Source: Myxococcota bacterium (GTDB lineage: Bacteria; Myxococcota_A; UBA796; CAJQPC01). Taken from it: a stretch of 64,000 nt of DNA. The stretch is from assembly GCA_036229005.1 (NCBI GenBank), contig JAZAMN010000052.1:416001-480000 (forward strand), written 5' to 3'. Position 1 is the first letter of the stretch. Each line of letters begins with the position of its first letter. The notes under the pieces are model-generated. The model saw nothing but the letters and a program-made list of their open reading frames with translations, ran no database searches and was not told the origin of the DNA. Below, piece by piece: positions 38,335-47,132 of this stretch. The translations under genes and the position numbers were made by a program.

Positions 38335-38859
38335 CTACTGCTTGTCCATCCAGGTGCCCAGGGCCTGGTTGGTCTTCTGCAGGTTGGGCGTGATGAGCGA
38401 GACGATGAACTGCTCGACCTTGGGGCCGATGCGGCCGGCGACCAGGCGCGGGACGCCGGGGATGCCCTTGAGATCGATGCTCAGGTCCCCCTCCAGCAGC
38501 ACGCGGGTGCGGCCGTTGCCGGCGTCCACGAAGGTGTTGGTGCCCTTGCACTTGACCGAGTCGGTGAACGCGCGGGGCTTGATCTCCCAGTGGCAGCGCA
38601 GCTCGCCGTCGCGCCAGTCTGCGAAGTCGTCCCAGCGCAGCATCTCGGGCTTGAGGAAGGCCTTGGCGAAGGTGGGGATCTCCCGCTGGGCGAACCACAC
38701 GTTGTGCAGCTTCACCACGCCGTCGCTCTCCTCCCGCTTCTCGACCACGATCTTCTGGATGTCGTCGATCAGGGGCGCGAACTCGGGCAGGTGGTCGCGG
38801 TAGGCCAGGAAGGCCTCGCGGGGGCTGTGGTTCAGCAGGGACTCGGAGTGGATGCGCAT
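38335..38859 (-). CDS. START/SRPBCC-fold protein (DUF2505-like)
   Basis: Helix-grip pattern (REIPTFAKAFL, long C-terminal helix); GGAG SD. Confidence 0.6.
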   Translation of the reverse strand: MRIHSESLLNHSPREAFLAYRDHLPEFAPLIDDIQKIVVEKREESDGVVKLHNVWFAQREIPTFAKAFLKPEMLRWDDFADWRDGELRCHWEIKPRAFTDSVKCKGTNTFVDAGNGRTRVLLEGDLSIDLKGIPGVPRLVAGRIGPKVEQFIVSLITPNLQKTNQALGTWMDKQ

Positions 38860-38906
38860 GGGGATGCTCCGCAGCTTGAGAGGGTCCGGGAAGCTATCAT
38901 GCACAG

Positions 38907-39503
38907 GTGCTGAACACGGACGACGCCTTCCTCGACGCCCTCACCCAGGCGGTCGATTCCATCGAAACCACCACCACCGTGGAGGTCGTGGTCGTGATCG
39001 CCCCCAGCTCGGGGAGCTACCGCGATCTCAGCCTGCTCGCGGGGGGCTGCGCGGCCGCCCTGGGCCTGTGCGTGGCCCTGTTCGCCCCGGTGGACTTCCA
39101 CAGCGCGTGGATCCCCGTCGATCTGCTGGTGCTCGCGGCCGCCGCCCACTGGGTCGTGGGGCGCTGGCCCTGGGCGCTGGCCCACATCGCCTCCCGCTCC
39201 CGCAAGGCCGCCCAGGTCGATCTCGCCGCCGACGCCGCATTCCACCGGGAGCGCGTCCACGACACCCCCGAGCGCCAGGCCGTACTGGTCTACATCTCTC
39301 TTTTGGAGGGAGAGGTGCGCCTGGTGCCCGACGCTGGCGTGGCCCGCCACATCCCCCCCGCAGAGCTCAAACACCTGCACTGGGATCTCTCCACCAGCGA
39401 GGACACACTGGCCAGCCTCGGGCGCCTCGGGGACCTGCTCGCGGCCCACCTGCCCGGCCAGAGCGCCGGCCTGATCCCCAACCACCCGCGGGTGCTCCCG
39501 TGA
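38907..39503 (+). CDS. TPM-domain (DUF477-like) membrane protein
   Basis: AVDSIETTTTVEVVVVI, two TM helices, VHDTPERQAVLVYISLLEGEVRLVPDAG. Confidence 0.8.
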   Translation: MLNTDDAFLDALTQAVDSIETTTTVEVVVVIAPSSGSYRDLSLLAGGCAAALGLCVALFAPVDFHSAWIPVDLLVLAAAAHWVVGRWPWALAHIASRSRKAAQVDLAADAAFHRERVHDTPERQAVLVYISLLEGEVRLVPDAGVARHIPPAELKHLHWDLSTSEDTLASLGRLGDLLAAHLPGQSAGLIPNHPRVLP

Positions 39504-40951
39504 GGTCCCTGGTCCTGATCCTGGCCCTCTCCGCAGCGCCCGCCGAGGCCCGGGTTGGCGGCGGCCAGAACTACGGCGGCGGCGGCTCGCACAGCAGCTC
39601 CAGCTACTCCGGCGGGGGCAGCTCCAGCTCCAGCGACGGCGACCTGGTGGGCCTGCTGCTTTGGCTCTGCATCGAGCACCCCGCGGTCGGCATCCCGCTC
39701 ACCATCGCGGTCGTCGGCTTCACGCTCTACCAGAAGAGCCGCGGCGGAGGCGGCCACGGCCCCACCCGCACCATCCAGCGCGGCCCCCGCCGGGTCGGCC
39801 CCGACACCCAGGGCATGGCCGCCCTGCGCCAGCGCGATCCCGGCTTCTCCGAGCCCCTGTTCCTGGATCTGGTGCAGCTCCTGTTCACCCGCGTGCACGA
39901 GCTGCGCAGCACCGGCGACTACAGCAGCATCGACGCCCTGCTCACGCCCCAGGCCAAGGCCCAGCTCGAAAAGCGCCAGCCCGTCCCCACCCAGGACGTC
40001 ATCGTCGGCGCGGCGCGCATCCTGAGCGTCAGCCTGCGCGAGCCCACCGCCTGGATCGTGGTGGAGTTCGAGGCCAACGTGACGGTCCAGGACAAGCCCA
40101 TCTGGATCCAGGAGCGCTGGAGCTTCACCCGCCGCGCCGATGCCTTCTCGCCGCCCCCCGACCGCATGCAGGCCCTGCGCTGCCCGGCCTGCGGCGCCGC
40201 TCTGGAGACCGACCCCCAAGGCCGCTGCACCCACTGCGGCACCGGGATCAACGACGGACGCCTGCAGTGGCAGCTCATGGACCTGCAGATGGTGGGCCAG
40301 CGCCCCGCGACCGCCCCCAGCCTGTCTCTGGGCGCCGGCATGGAGGTCGGCACCGATCTGCCAACCGTGGTCGACCCCAAGCTCCAGGCCGAGCTCCGCG
40401 CGCTGCAGGCCCGACACCCGGAGCTCGACTACCAGAAGTTCCTCGACCGGGTCCGCAAGGTCTTCCACAGCTTGCAGGAGGCCTGGAGTGAGCTGCGGTG
40501 GGAGCGCGCCCGTCCCTACCAGACCGACGCCCTCTTCCAGACCCACCGCTACTGGATCGAGAACTATCGCCGGGCCGGCTACCGCAACCACCTGGCGGAC
40601 ATCAGCATCCGCAAGATCGAGCCGGTCAAGGTGGGCGTGGACGCCTACTACGAGGCCATCACCCTGCGCATCTTCGCATCCATGCGGGACTGGACCACGG
40701 ACGCCCAGGGGCGCGTGATCGGCGGCTCGGACACGCAGCTCCGGCACTTCTCCGAGTACTGGACCTTCGTGCGCATGGCCGGCGGGGACGCGAGCGCCAG
40801 CGCGGACACCGAGCACTGCCCGAGCTGCGGAGCCCCCCTCGATCGGGTCGACCTGGGCGGCGCTTGCGGGTATTGCGGGACACGCATCGTGGGCGCCGAG
40901 CACGCCTGGGTGCTCAGCAGCATCACCCAGGACGAGGCCTACCGTGGCTGA
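39500..40951 (+). CDS. Membrane-anchored protein with two Tim44-like domains, each followed by a zinc ribbon
   Basis: Signal peptide + RVGGGQNYGGG, TM, RDPGFSEPLFL...ERWSFTR, CPACGA..CTHCG, LQEAWS...EYWTFVR, CPSCGA..CGYCG. Confidence 0.85.
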   Translation: MRSLVLILALSAAPAEARVGGGQNYGGGGSHSSSSYSGGGSSSSSDGDLVGLLLWLCIEHPAVGIPLTIAVVGFTLYQKSRGGGGHGPTRTIQRGPRRVGPDTQGMAALRQRDPGFSEPLFLDLVQLLFTRVHELRSTGDYSSIDALLTPQAKAQLEKRQPVPTQDVIVGAARILSVSLREPTAWIVVEFEANVTVQDKPIWIQERWSFTRRADAFSPPPDRMQALRCPACGAALETDPQGRCTHCGTGINDGRLQWQLMDLQMVGQRPATAPSLSLGAGMEVGTDLPTVVDPKLQAELRALQARHPELDYQKFLDRVRKVFHSLQEAWSELRWERARPYQTDALFQTHRYWIENYRRAGYRNHLADISIRKIEPVKVGVDAYYEAITLRIFASMRDWTTDAQGRVIGGSDTQLRHFSEYWTFVRMAGGDASASADTEHCPSCGAPLDRVDLGGACGYCGTRIVGAEHAWVLSSITQDEAYRG

Positions 40952-42113
40952 AGAGCAAGACGACAAGCGCACCGCCGGCTGGCTGCCCCTCACGCACCTG
41001 AGCTCCCGCGGGGACGCCGCCTTCAAGGAGACCCTGGAGCGCGCCCTGTCCCGCACCGGGCGCGTGGACCGCTTCACCCATGGCTTCCACACCTACCCCG
41101 CCGGCCTGCACCCCGACGCCGCCGTGGACCTGCTGGAGCTGATGCCCCCCGGCCCCATCCACGACCCCTTCTGCGGCGGCGGCACCACCCTGGTCGAGGC
41201 CATGCTCCAGGGCCGGGACGCCAGCGGCACCGACATCTCCCCCGTCGCTGTCGCGCTGGCCCACGGCCGCACCCGCCTGTGGTCTCCGGAGCGCATCACC
41301 GCCTTCCGCAGCGCCGCCCGGCAGATCGCCAAGACCGCGCAGCACAACCAGGACTTCCCCCCGGACGAGATCGCCCGCCGGGTCAAGCCCTGGTACCAGC
41401 CCCACGTGGCCCAGGAGCTCGAGGGCATCCGCCAGGGTATCCAGCAGGCCCACCCGGACGTGCGCAAGGCCCTGGAGCTGGTGCTCTCCTCCATCCTGGT
41501 CAAGGTCTCCCTGCGCCGCTCGGACACCAACCCCCAGCGCGTGGAGCGCGAGCGCCCGCCCGGCACCACCGCCATCCTCTTCCACAAGAAGGCCCGCGAG
41601 CTGGGGCGCCGCTGGGAGGCCCTGAACGAGGCCGTCCCCGAGGGCACCGCGGTCCCCCGGATCCGCCAGGGCAGCGGGCTGGAGCTGGATCCCCCCGGCC
41701 CCGTCGCCGGCCTGCTCACCTCGCCCCCCTACCCCGGCGTCTACGACTACCTGGAGTACCAGCAGCTCCGCCTCGCCTGGCTTGGCTGGGACAGCCCGGA
41801 GATCTGGCAGCAGGAGATGGGCTCGCGCCGCGCGTTCAAGAACTCCCCCCGCGAGGCCCTCTACAACTGGAAGCAGGACATCGAGGGCTGGATGCACATG
41901 GTCGCCCGCTGGCTCCTCCCCGGTGGCCGCGCCGCCATCGTCATCGGGGATGGTCTGGTGGACAGCCGGCTGATCCCGGTCCTCAAGCCTCTGCGACAAG
42001 CCGCTGGGCAGGCCGGTCTGCGCGTGCTGGGCAGCGCCTCGGGTGGCCGCGAGGACAAGGGCGCCCACATCGTCCGCGAAGAGCACATCCTGCTGCTGGA
42101 GAAGGAGGGATGA
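40944..42113 (+). CDS. Amino (N4-C/N6-A) DNA methyltransferase-like protein, no cognate REase nearby
   Basis: THGFHTYPA, motif I DPFCGGGTT, motif IV TSPPY. Confidence 0.82.
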   Translation: MAEEQDDKRTAGWLPLTHLSSRGDAAFKETLERALSRTGRVDRFTHGFHTYPAGLHPDAAVDLLELMPPGPIHDPFCGGGTTLVEAMLQGRDASGTDISPVAVALAHGRTRLWSPERITAFRSAARQIAKTAQHNQDFPPDEIARRVKPWYQPHVAQELEGIRQGIQQAHPDVRKALELVLSSILVKVSLRRSDTNPQRVERERPPGTTAILFHKKARELGRRWEALNEAVPEGTAVPRIRQGSGLELDPPGPVAGLLTSPPYPGVYDYLEYQQLRLAWLGWDSPEIWQQEMGSRRAFKNSPREALYNWKQDIEGWMHMVARWLLPGGRAAIVIGDGLVDSRLIPVLKPLRQAAGQAGLRVLGSASGGREDKGAHIVREEHILLLEKEG

Positions 42114-42487
42114 GCGGCCGGTCAGGCCAATCCCCGGAGCCCCGTCTCTCGGAGCTCCAGGCCCAGCTCCGGGCCTTCAACCAGGCGCGGGACTGGGGCC
42201 AGTACCACAACCCCCGGAACCTCGCGATGGCCCTGTCCGTCGAGGCCGCCGAGGTCCTGGAGCTCTACCTCTGGTCCACCGACGACGGCCCCCAGCCCCC
42301 CGTGGCCTCCCGCGAGGGAAAGGTCCCCGATGAGCTCGCCGACGTGCTGATCTGCCTGCTGAACCTCGCCGAGCACGCCCAGGTGGACCTGGCCCAGGCC
42401 TTCACCGACAAGCTGGCCCGAAACGCCGAGAAGTACCCGGTGGAGCGCACCCGCGGCCGCATGGAGAAGTACTCGGAGTACGAGTGA
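42110..42487 (+). CDS. MazG-like nucleotide pyrophosphohydrolase (dCTPase type)
   Basis: RDWGQYHNPRNLAMALSVEAAEVLE, DELADV, KLARNAEKYP; AAGGAGG SD and ATGA overlap. Confidence 0.92.
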   Translation: MSGRSGQSPEPRLSELQAQLRAFNQARDWGQYHNPRNLAMALSVEAAEVLELYLWSTDDGPQPPVASREGKVPDELADVLICLLNLAEHAQVDLAQAFTDKLARNAEKYPVERTRGRMEKYSEYE

Positions 42488-44109
42488 GCCGCGCCCGACT
42501 GGCCGCCGCCGTCTTCTGGGCGGGCCTGTTGGTCTCCATCGCCGTCGCCTTCGGTCCCATCTGGCTCGCGCCCACCCAGCTCGCTCTGGGCAGCCCCCAC
42601 GCCGAGGGCGCCGCGCACCTCTTCGGCCTCTGGGCCGGCCTGGACGGCGGCGACCTCTTCCTGCGCCAGAGCGAGCTCGCCAACTTCCCGGCGGGCATGA
42701 AGCAGGACCTGGCCGACCCGCTGCACGCGCTCTTCATGGCCCCCGCGCTGATCTGGGGCCTCCCCGGCGCGACCCTCGGCTGGAATCTGTTGGCCCTCTG
42801 CACGCTCGTGCTGGCAGGCGTCGGCGGCTGGCGCCTGGGGCGGCAGCTCTTCCCGCAGACCCCCGAGGCCGCCACCATCCTTGGCCTTTCTCTGGCGTGT
42901 AGCCCTGTGCTGCAGGGGGTCGCGCTGTCCTCCGGCCGCACCGAGTATTGGGCCTGGGCGTGGATGGCCCTGCCCCTGAGCCTGTGCCTGAGCGCCCTGC
43001 GAAAGCCCACACCGCCGCACCTCGCGCTGGCCACGGTGTCCATGCTCCCGCTCGCGTGGTCGGGGTGGCAGGCGTTGATCCTGGGTCTCTTGGTGCTGGG
43101 ACCCGCGCTCCTCCTCCTCTCCCGGGGCCTGGACCGCCGCTGGCTGCTGCTCTTTGGAGGGGTGGGTGCCTTGGCCTCCGGGGCTCTGTTGGCCCACCAC
43201 TTGAGCGCCACGGACCCCTGGTGGATCTCGAGACTCGATCCCGCCGGCGAGGTGCGACCGCCCAGTCACCTCTCGGAGCTGCTTCCCTTCACGGCGAGCC
43301 ACTACATGGGCGACCGCCTGATGCTGCCGGGCCTGGCCCTCACCGCCGCAGCGATGGTCGGTGCGCGCTGGGCCCCCCGTGGCTGGACGGCGCTCGCGCT
43401 GAGCGGCCTGCTGCTGATGTTCGGGCCCACGCTGGCCCTGGGGGACACGCAGCTCCCGGGCCCCACGCGCCTGGTGGACTGGCTGCCGCTGCTGGGGGGC
43501 GTTTCAGCGTGGCCTCGCTTGGGCCTGATGGTGGCGACCCCGCTCGCGGTCCTGGCGGCCTGGGCGGTGCACCACGGGGTGGAGCGGGCCGGCAAGTGGG
43601 TCCTCCTCCTGGCCCCCGTGCTGGTCGCTGAAGGCGCGCTGTTCCGCCCCGAGCTGCCCACGGCCTGGTACACCCACTCCCTGGACCCCGCGCTGGAGGA
43701 GGCGCTGGCCGAGGCGCCGCCGGGCCCCATCCTGGAGCTCCCGAACGCCCCCATCGGGTTGCCCCTGGAGGCCGAGGCGCTGAGGGACCACGACCTGCTC
43801 CAGACCCGGGCTCACGGTCGACCCAGCTCGCGCATCTCGTCTCCGGACACCCCCGCGGCCATCGCCCACTACGGGCTGCTCCAGGCGCTGGAGGAGGGCT
43901 CGCACCTGGCTCAGGTGGACTGCCGGCCGGACCCTGGACCGGTGGACGCCGGCTTCTCGCTGCTGCTGCTCCACCGCGACCACATGCTGCCCGGGCGCGC
44001 GGGGCACGTGGAGCGCATCCTGATCGCCCAGTGGGGCCCCCCGATCGCCGAAGGACCGGCCTGGGCGCTGTTCAGGCTCCAGCTCGGGGTGGGCGACGGC
44101 CACTGCTGA
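42484..44109 (+). CDS. Polytopic membrane protein (GT-C/YfhO-like)
   Basis: About 11 TM helices, ANFPAG loop, PGPILELP...QTRAHGRP soluble C-terminal domain. Confidence 0.65.
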   Translation: MSRARLAAAVFWAGLLVSIAVAFGPIWLAPTQLALGSPHAEGAAHLFGLWAGLDGGDLFLRQSELANFPAGMKQDLADPLHALFMAPALIWGLPGATLGWNLLALCTLVLAGVGGWRLGRQLFPQTPEAATILGLSLACSPVLQGVALSSGRTEYWAWAWMALPLSLCLSALRKPTPPHLALATVSMLPLAWSGWQALILGLLVLGPALLLLSRGLDRRWLLLFGGVGALASGALLAHHLSATDPWWISRLDPAGEVRPPSHLSELLPFTASHYMGDRLMLPGLALTAAAMVGARWAPRGWTALALSGLLLMFGPTLALGDTQLPGPTRLVDWLPLLGGVSAWPRLGLMVATPLAVLAAWAVHHGVERAGKWVLLLAPVLVAEGALFRPELPTAWYTHSLDPALEEALAEAPPGPILELPNAPIGLPLEAEALRDHDLLQTRAHGRPSSRISSPDTPAAIAHYGLLQALEEGSHLAQVDCRPDPGPVDAGFSLLLLHRDHMLPGRAGHVERILIAQWGPPIAEGPAWALFRLQLGVGDGHC

Positions 44110-44130
44110 CCTGCGCTCACCCCAGGGGAC

Positions 44131-44514
44131 TCAGTTGATGCTGGCCGGGTCGACCAGCAGGAAGGGTGCGATCTCCGCGTTGAAGCGGCTGCCGTCGTCT
44201 CGCTGCATCACGTAGTGCCCCTCCATCTTGCCCATCGAGGTCGTCAGGGGGCAGAAGCTCGTGTAGACGTGGCTCTGGCCGGGCTCCAGGCGGGGCTTCT
44301 CACCGATGACGCCGGGCCCCTCGACCTCCTGGACTTCGCCCATGCCGTCCTGGATCCGCCAGTAGCGCGAGATGAGCTGGGCGGGCTGCTCGCCATCGTT
44401 CCGGATCTCGACCCGGTACACGAAGAGCCAGCGGCGGGCCTGGGGTTGGCTGCGAGCGGCGACATAGGCGCTCTGGACCTCGACGTGGATGCCTTGGGTG
44501 GTGGCCTGGGACAA
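44131..44514 (-). CDS. apaG: ApaG protein
   Basis: YRVEIRN, QLISRYWRIQD, VEGPGVIGEKP, YTSFCPL, GKMEGHY; TTG start with GGAG SD. Confidence 0.95.
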   Translation of the reverse strand: MSQATTQGIHVEVQSAYVAARSQPQARRWLFVYRVEIRNDGEQPAQLISRYWRIQDGMGEVQEVEGPGVIGEKPRLEPGQSHVYTSFCPLTTSMGKMEGHYVMQRDDGSRFNAEIAPFLLVDPASIN

Positions 44515-44583
44515 GGGCTGCTCCGGGGACAGAGGGGGCGCTCCGCGCTCTCGTCTGTGGTCCTCTATTGCTACCATCGCCGC

Positions 44584-46230
44584 GTGTCAGACCGCATGCC
44601 CATCTTCCATTCGCCGAGCATCCCCGCCGTCGCCGACGCCCTGGTCGCCAGAGCCGAGCGGCGCTTTGACGGGATGTCCCCTGCCCAACTGTCCGAGCTG
44701 CTGGCCGACACGGTCTACAAGGAGCGCCTGCGCTTCGAAGAGGACCCGCCGCCCCCCGAGGAGCTCGCCGAGATCGACGCCGCGGCGCGTGCGGTCGCAG
44801 ACGGCTCCAGGCCCGCCCTGCTGGCGGCTCTGAGACGCCTTGTCCGGGGCTACGGCGAGGAGATCCACAACCCCTTCTCCACCCGGGCCTACAAGGTCGC
44901 GACCAAGGTGTTGCCCCGCGCCCTGACCAACCTGGTCTCGGCCACGGATCCGCGGCGCGTGTTCCTGCGCGACGTGGACCCCAGCGACAAGATCCACATC
45001 CACGGCCCCGTGGAGCTGATCAAGCGCCTCTCCGAGAAGGGCACGGTCATCCTGGCGCCCACCCACCTGTCCAACCTGGACAGCCCGCTGATCGGCTACG
45101 CGCTCTACCAGCTCGGCCTGCCGCCTTTCGCCTACGGCGCCGGCCTGAACCTCTTCTCGAACCCCATGATGGCCTTCTGGATGAGCCGCCTGGGGGCCTA
45201 CACCGTGGACCGCCGCAAGCAGGGCCTGCTCTACAAGGACACCCTCAAGGACTACTCGGTGGAGATCCTCCGCCAGCGGCACCACAGCCTCTTCTTCCCG
45301 GGCGGCACCCGCAGCCGCTCCGGCATGGTCGAGAAGAGCCTCAAGAAGGGCCTGCTGGGCACCGGACTCCAGGCCTGGCTGGAGAACATCAACGAGCGGC
45401 GCGGCGCCGACGGCGACGTATTCGTGGTGCCCCTGACCCTCTCCACCTCGCTGGTCCTGGAGGCCGAGACCCTCATCCGGGACTCTCTGGCCCGCGAAGG
45501 AAAGCAGCGCTACATCATCGTCGACGACGAGTTCTCCCAGCCCCGCACAGTGGCCGGCTTCCTCCGCCGCATCCTGGCCCTGGACGAGGGCGTGCACGTC
45601 ACCTTCGGCGCGCCCATGGACCCGCTGGGCAACCCCGTGGACGAGCTGGGCCGCAGCCTGGACCCCATGGGCAAGCCCGTGGACCGCCGCCGCTACGTCA
45701 CCGACGCCGCCGGCAAGGTCGAGTGGGACGAGCAGCGGGACCGCCAGTACACCGACCGCCTCAGCCGCGCCCTGGTCAAGGCCTACCACCGCGACAACGT
45801 GGTGCTCTCCACCCACCTGGCCGCGATGGCCGCCTGGCGCGTGTTCGAGAAGGCCCACGGGGGCATGGACACCTGGCGCCTGGTCCGCATCGAGGCTGGG
45901 GGTCGCCGCCTGAACAAGCCCGACGTGCAGGAGGAGATCGCAGCCATCCGGCAACATCTCCTACCGCTCCAACAGCAGGGCCTCATCCGCCTCGCAGTCC
46001 CCGATGATGACGGCGAGGTCCTGCGTGTTGCGCTCCAGCGCTTCGCCGCCTTCCACACCCGACCCGCGCTCCGCAAGCTGGGGGCCACCCTGGTGATCGA
46101 CCCCGAGCTGCTGCTCTTCTACCGCAACCGCCTGGTGGGCTACGGCCTGGACCAGGAGGACACCCACGCCGCCCGGGGGCCCAAGCCACCCGGACCACCC
46201 GGCCTGCCCTCCGAGGGGGTGCTCGCATGA
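44584..46230 (+). CDS. Glycerol-3-phosphate acyltransferase (PlsB/PlsC domain)
   Basis: HLSNLD (HxxxxD), YGAGLNL, LGAYTVDR, FFPGGTRSR. Confidence 0.85.
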   Translation: MSDRMPIFHSPSIPAVADALVARAERRFDGMSPAQLSELLADTVYKERLRFEEDPPPPEELAEIDAAARAVADGSRPALLAALRRLVRGYGEEIHNPFSTRAYKVATKVLPRALTNLVSATDPRRVFLRDVDPSDKIHIHGPVELIKRLSEKGTVILAPTHLSNLDSPLIGYALYQLGLPPFAYGAGLNLFSNPMMAFWMSRLGAYTVDRRKQGLLYKDTLKDYSVEILRQRHHSLFFPGGTRSRSGMVEKSLKKGLLGTGLQAWLENINERRGADGDVFVVPLTLSTSLVLEAETLIRDSLAREGKQRYIIVDDEFSQPRTVAGFLRRILALDEGVHVTFGAPMDPLGNPVDELGRSLDPMGKPVDRRRYVTDAAGKVEWDEQRDRQYTDRLSRALVKAYHRDNVVLSTHLAAMAAWRVFEKAHGGMDTWRLVRIEAGGRRLNKPDVQEEIAAIRQHLLPLQQQGLIRLAVPDDDGEVLRVALQRFAAFHTRPALRKLGATLVIDPELLLFYRNRLVGYGLDQEDTHAARGPKPPGPPGLPSEGVLA

Positions 46231-47132
46231 AGGTCGGCATCATCGGAATGGGCGCCTGGGGACAGGCCATCGCGACCCTGGCAAAGAGCGCCGAGAACGA
46301 CATCCTGCTGGGCTACATGGGCCCGCGGCCGCGCCGCAAGCTCCCCTTGACCAAGGACCTCGCCGAGGTCGCCGCGCACGCCGAGCTGCTGCTCATGGCG
46401 GTCCCCGCGTGGGAGGTCCGGGACGCCGTGAGCGCGCTCCAGATGGGGCCCCAGCACCGGGTCATCTTCTGCACGCGGGGACCGGACCCCGAGACCGGCC
46501 GCTGGCTGACCCACCTGCTCCCCCAGATCTCCCCCTGCCTGCGGGTGGGCATCCTGGGCGGCCCGCTGATCGCCCCCGAGGTGCTCAAGGGTGTCCCCAC
46601 CGCCGCCATCGTGGCCAGCCGCTACGACGAGGTGAACCGCCTGGGCCAGGCGGCCCTCCACAGCGCCCAGTGCCGCGTCTACACCGGTGACGATCCCGAG
46701 GCCGTGGAGCTCGCCGGCGCGATGGCGCAGGTGCTGGCGACCGCCGTGGGTATCACCGACCAGCTCAACGCCGGCTCCGGCCTGCGGGGCGTGGTGGTCA
46801 GCCGCGGCCTGGCCGAGATGCGCCGCCTGGCCATCGCCGTGAACGTGGACCCCACCATCTTCGGCGGGCTCTCCGGCATCGGCGATCTGGTCTCCGCGAT
46901 CTCCCTGTCCGACAGCGCGGCCTACAGCGTGGGCAAGGACCTGGGCGGCGCCCGCGACCACACCGACTCCGAGGCCATCCAGACCGCCGGGACTGCCCTG
47001 GCCTTGGCCGCGCGCCTGGGCGTGGAGCTGCCCCTGACTCAGATGGTCTACGGCATCGCCCACGGCAAGCTCAGCGTCGAGGACGCCGTGGCTGCGCTGA
47101 TGGGCCGCTCCCGGAAGCGCGGCGAGGGCTGA
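46227..47132 (+). CDS. GpsA-like NAD(P)-dependent glycerol-3-phosphate dehydrogenase homolog, catalytic residues missing
   Basis: GMGAWG, LMAVP, LGGP, SRGLAEM, GLSGIGDL present; KN and SRN motifs replaced. Confidence 0.8.
   Translation: MKVGIIGMGAWGQAIATLAKSAENDILLGYMGPRPRRKLPLTKDLAEVAAHAELLLMAVPAWEVRDAVSALQMGPQHRVIFCTRGPDPETGRWLTHLLPQISPCLRVGILGGPLIAPEVLKGVPTAAIVASRYDEVNRLGQAALHSAQCRVYTGDDPEAVELAGAMAQVLATAVGITDQLNAGSGLRGVVVSRGLAEMRRLAIAVNVDPTIFGGLSGIGDLVSAISLSDSAAYSVGKDLGGARDHTDSEAIQTAGTALALAARLGVELPLTQMVYGIAHGKLSVEDAVAALMGRSRKRGEG

Noticed and set aside
40944..42113. Complete restriction-modification system
   Set aside because: No neighbouring ORF shows recognisable nuclease (PD-(D/E)xK, HNH) or specificity-subunit features
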